Shown: piece after piece, positions 63,025 to 64,000 of the stretch
Layout of the letters: each line of letters starts with the position of its first letter
How positions within the stretch are numbered: position 1 is the first letter of the stretch
The notes under the pieces: model-generated
Seen by the model: the letters and a program-made list of their open reading frames with translations, nothing else
The model's database searches: none
What the model was told of the DNA's origin: nothing
Source of the DNA: Macrostomum lignano
Taxonomy: Eukaryota
Reading direction: 5' to 3'
DNA: 64,000 bases
Assembly: GCA_002269645.1 (NCBI GenBank)
Contig: NIVC01002836.1
Coordinates: forward strand, 1 to 64,000
Translations under genes and position numbers: made by a program

Positions 63025-63258
63025 GGCAGGCAGACAGACAGACAGGCAGACAGACAGGCAGACAGACACAACCAGAATAGCCCATCAATACCTGCCGCCA
63101 AAGGCAATGACAGGCCGGTCAGGAATATTGAACACATAATTCCGCAGCACGTGGATCAGCACGGCAAAGTCTGCCATGGCCTGTTCAATGGTCAGATACT
63201 GCAGGTTCTCCTGCTTGAAGCTGTCATTGCCGAATGGCAGAGATTGGCCGTAGTACCT
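59052..63258 (-). CDS. DPP7: Dipeptidyl peptidase 2 / DPP7 (serine peptidase S28), 5' exons outside the window
   Basis: Exons 63092-63258, 62746-62887, 62548-62635, 62242-62408, 61795-61855, 60322-60659, 59377-59453 and 59052-59247 are phase-consistent. Catalytic triad motifs GGSYGG, NGDLDPW and GAHHLDLR are present, as is the DPP7-type CADPTGCGTGP...AWDFQACTE. Confidence 0.93.
59565..60300. repeat. 21-bp minisatellite, DPP7 intron
   Basis: GTGTGGGATC(A/G)GATTAGTCGG-type units. Confidence 0.95.
60675..61780. repeat. 27-bp minisatellite, DPP7 intron
   Basis: GATAGATGTGAGATTAGAGA(C/T)ATGCTT repeated. Confidence 0.97.
61975..62190. repeat. Degenerate repeat of about 60 bp, DPP7 intron
   Basis: TTCTACTAAC(A/G)GTA(A/G)AAA ... 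GAATTCGTAAAAA recurs 3-4 times. Confidence 0.6.
62930..63070. repeat. (GACA)n microsatellite, DPP7 intron
   Basis: Direct reading. Confidence 0.96.
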
Positions 63259-63357
63259 CTGTTGAAAAGGATTAGCAAAAAAAATTGCACAGCTGCGCAC
63301 TGAAACTAGGCTACGTAATTTCTCATAAGGTCTCTCCTTAAGGCTCGTAGAAAATCT

Positions 63358-64000
63358 TCATAGAGGATCTGTTTCCACTTAAGTCATAGAGGATCTGTTT
63401 CCACTTAAGTCATAGAGGATCTGTTTCCACTTAAGTCATAGAGGATCTGTTTCCACTTAAGTCATAGGATCTGTTTCCACTTAAGTCATAGAGGATCTGT
63501 TTCCACTTAAGTCATATAGGATCTGTTTCCACTAAGTCATAGAGGATCTGTTTCCACTTAAGTCATAGAGGATCTGTTTCCACTTGGGTCATAGAGGATC
63601 TGCTTCCACTTGGGTCATAGAGGATCTGCGTCCACTTGGGTCATAGAGGATCTGTTTCCATTTAAGTCATAGAGGATCTGTTTCCACTTAAGTCATAGAG
63701 GATCTGTTTCCACTTAGGTCATAGAGGATCTGCTTCCACTTGGGTCATAGAGGATCTGCTTCCACTTGGGTCATAGATGATCTGTTTCCACTTGGGTCAT
63801 AGAGGATCTGTTTCCACTTGGGTCATAGAGGATCTGTTTCCACTTAAGTCATAGAGGATCTGTTTCCACTTAAGTTATAGAGGATCTGCTTCCACTTGGG
63901 TCATAGAGGATCTGCGTCCACTTGGGTCATAGAGGATCTGTTTCCATTTAAGTCATAGAGGATCTGTTTCCACTTAAGTCATAGAGGATCTGTTTCCACT
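63358..64000. repeat. 26-bp minisatellite, DPP7 intron, runs off the window
   Basis: ATAGAGGATCTGTTTCCACTTAAGTC repeated. Confidence 0.97.

Noticed and set aside
3255-64000. Other repeat-derived ORFs in the track (e.g. 4390-5478, 7551-8150, 9073-9844, 12533-13419, 17712-18397, 51408-53075, 60526-61609)
   Set aside because: All follow minisatellite periodicity; only the portions overlapping defined exons are coding.

Overview
Eukaryotic (animal) genomic DNA with spliceosomal introns and the standard code. Its style (GC-rich exons, polyQ tracts, repeat-filled introns) resembles a free-living flatworm such as Macrostomum; this is inference, not verified. Five host genes were reconstructed by hand from splice sites, phase and remembered family motifs: POC5 (+, frame-disrupted), GRK2/beta-adrenergic receptor kinase (-, 7 exons, 725 aa), spermine synthase (+, 7 exons, 367 aa), an LRRC74-like LRR protein (+, 10 exons, about 626 aa) and DPP7 (-, 5' end outside the window). 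GRK2 and SMS are divergent. Between them lies an AT-rich, CpG-poor domain of nested DNA transposons: two Mutator-like elements (one with a PHD-FLYWCH-MULE transposase), EnSpm-like, Sola2-like, hAT-like and Merlin elements, plus SINEs. The most striking property is that nearly every large intron is filled by its own private tandem repeat, and several of these arrays are built from splice-signal-like sequence (donor decoys, anti-donor copies, tandem acceptors). Almost all long ORFs in the supplied track are repeat artefacts. Repeat boundaries are approximate and no database searches were run.
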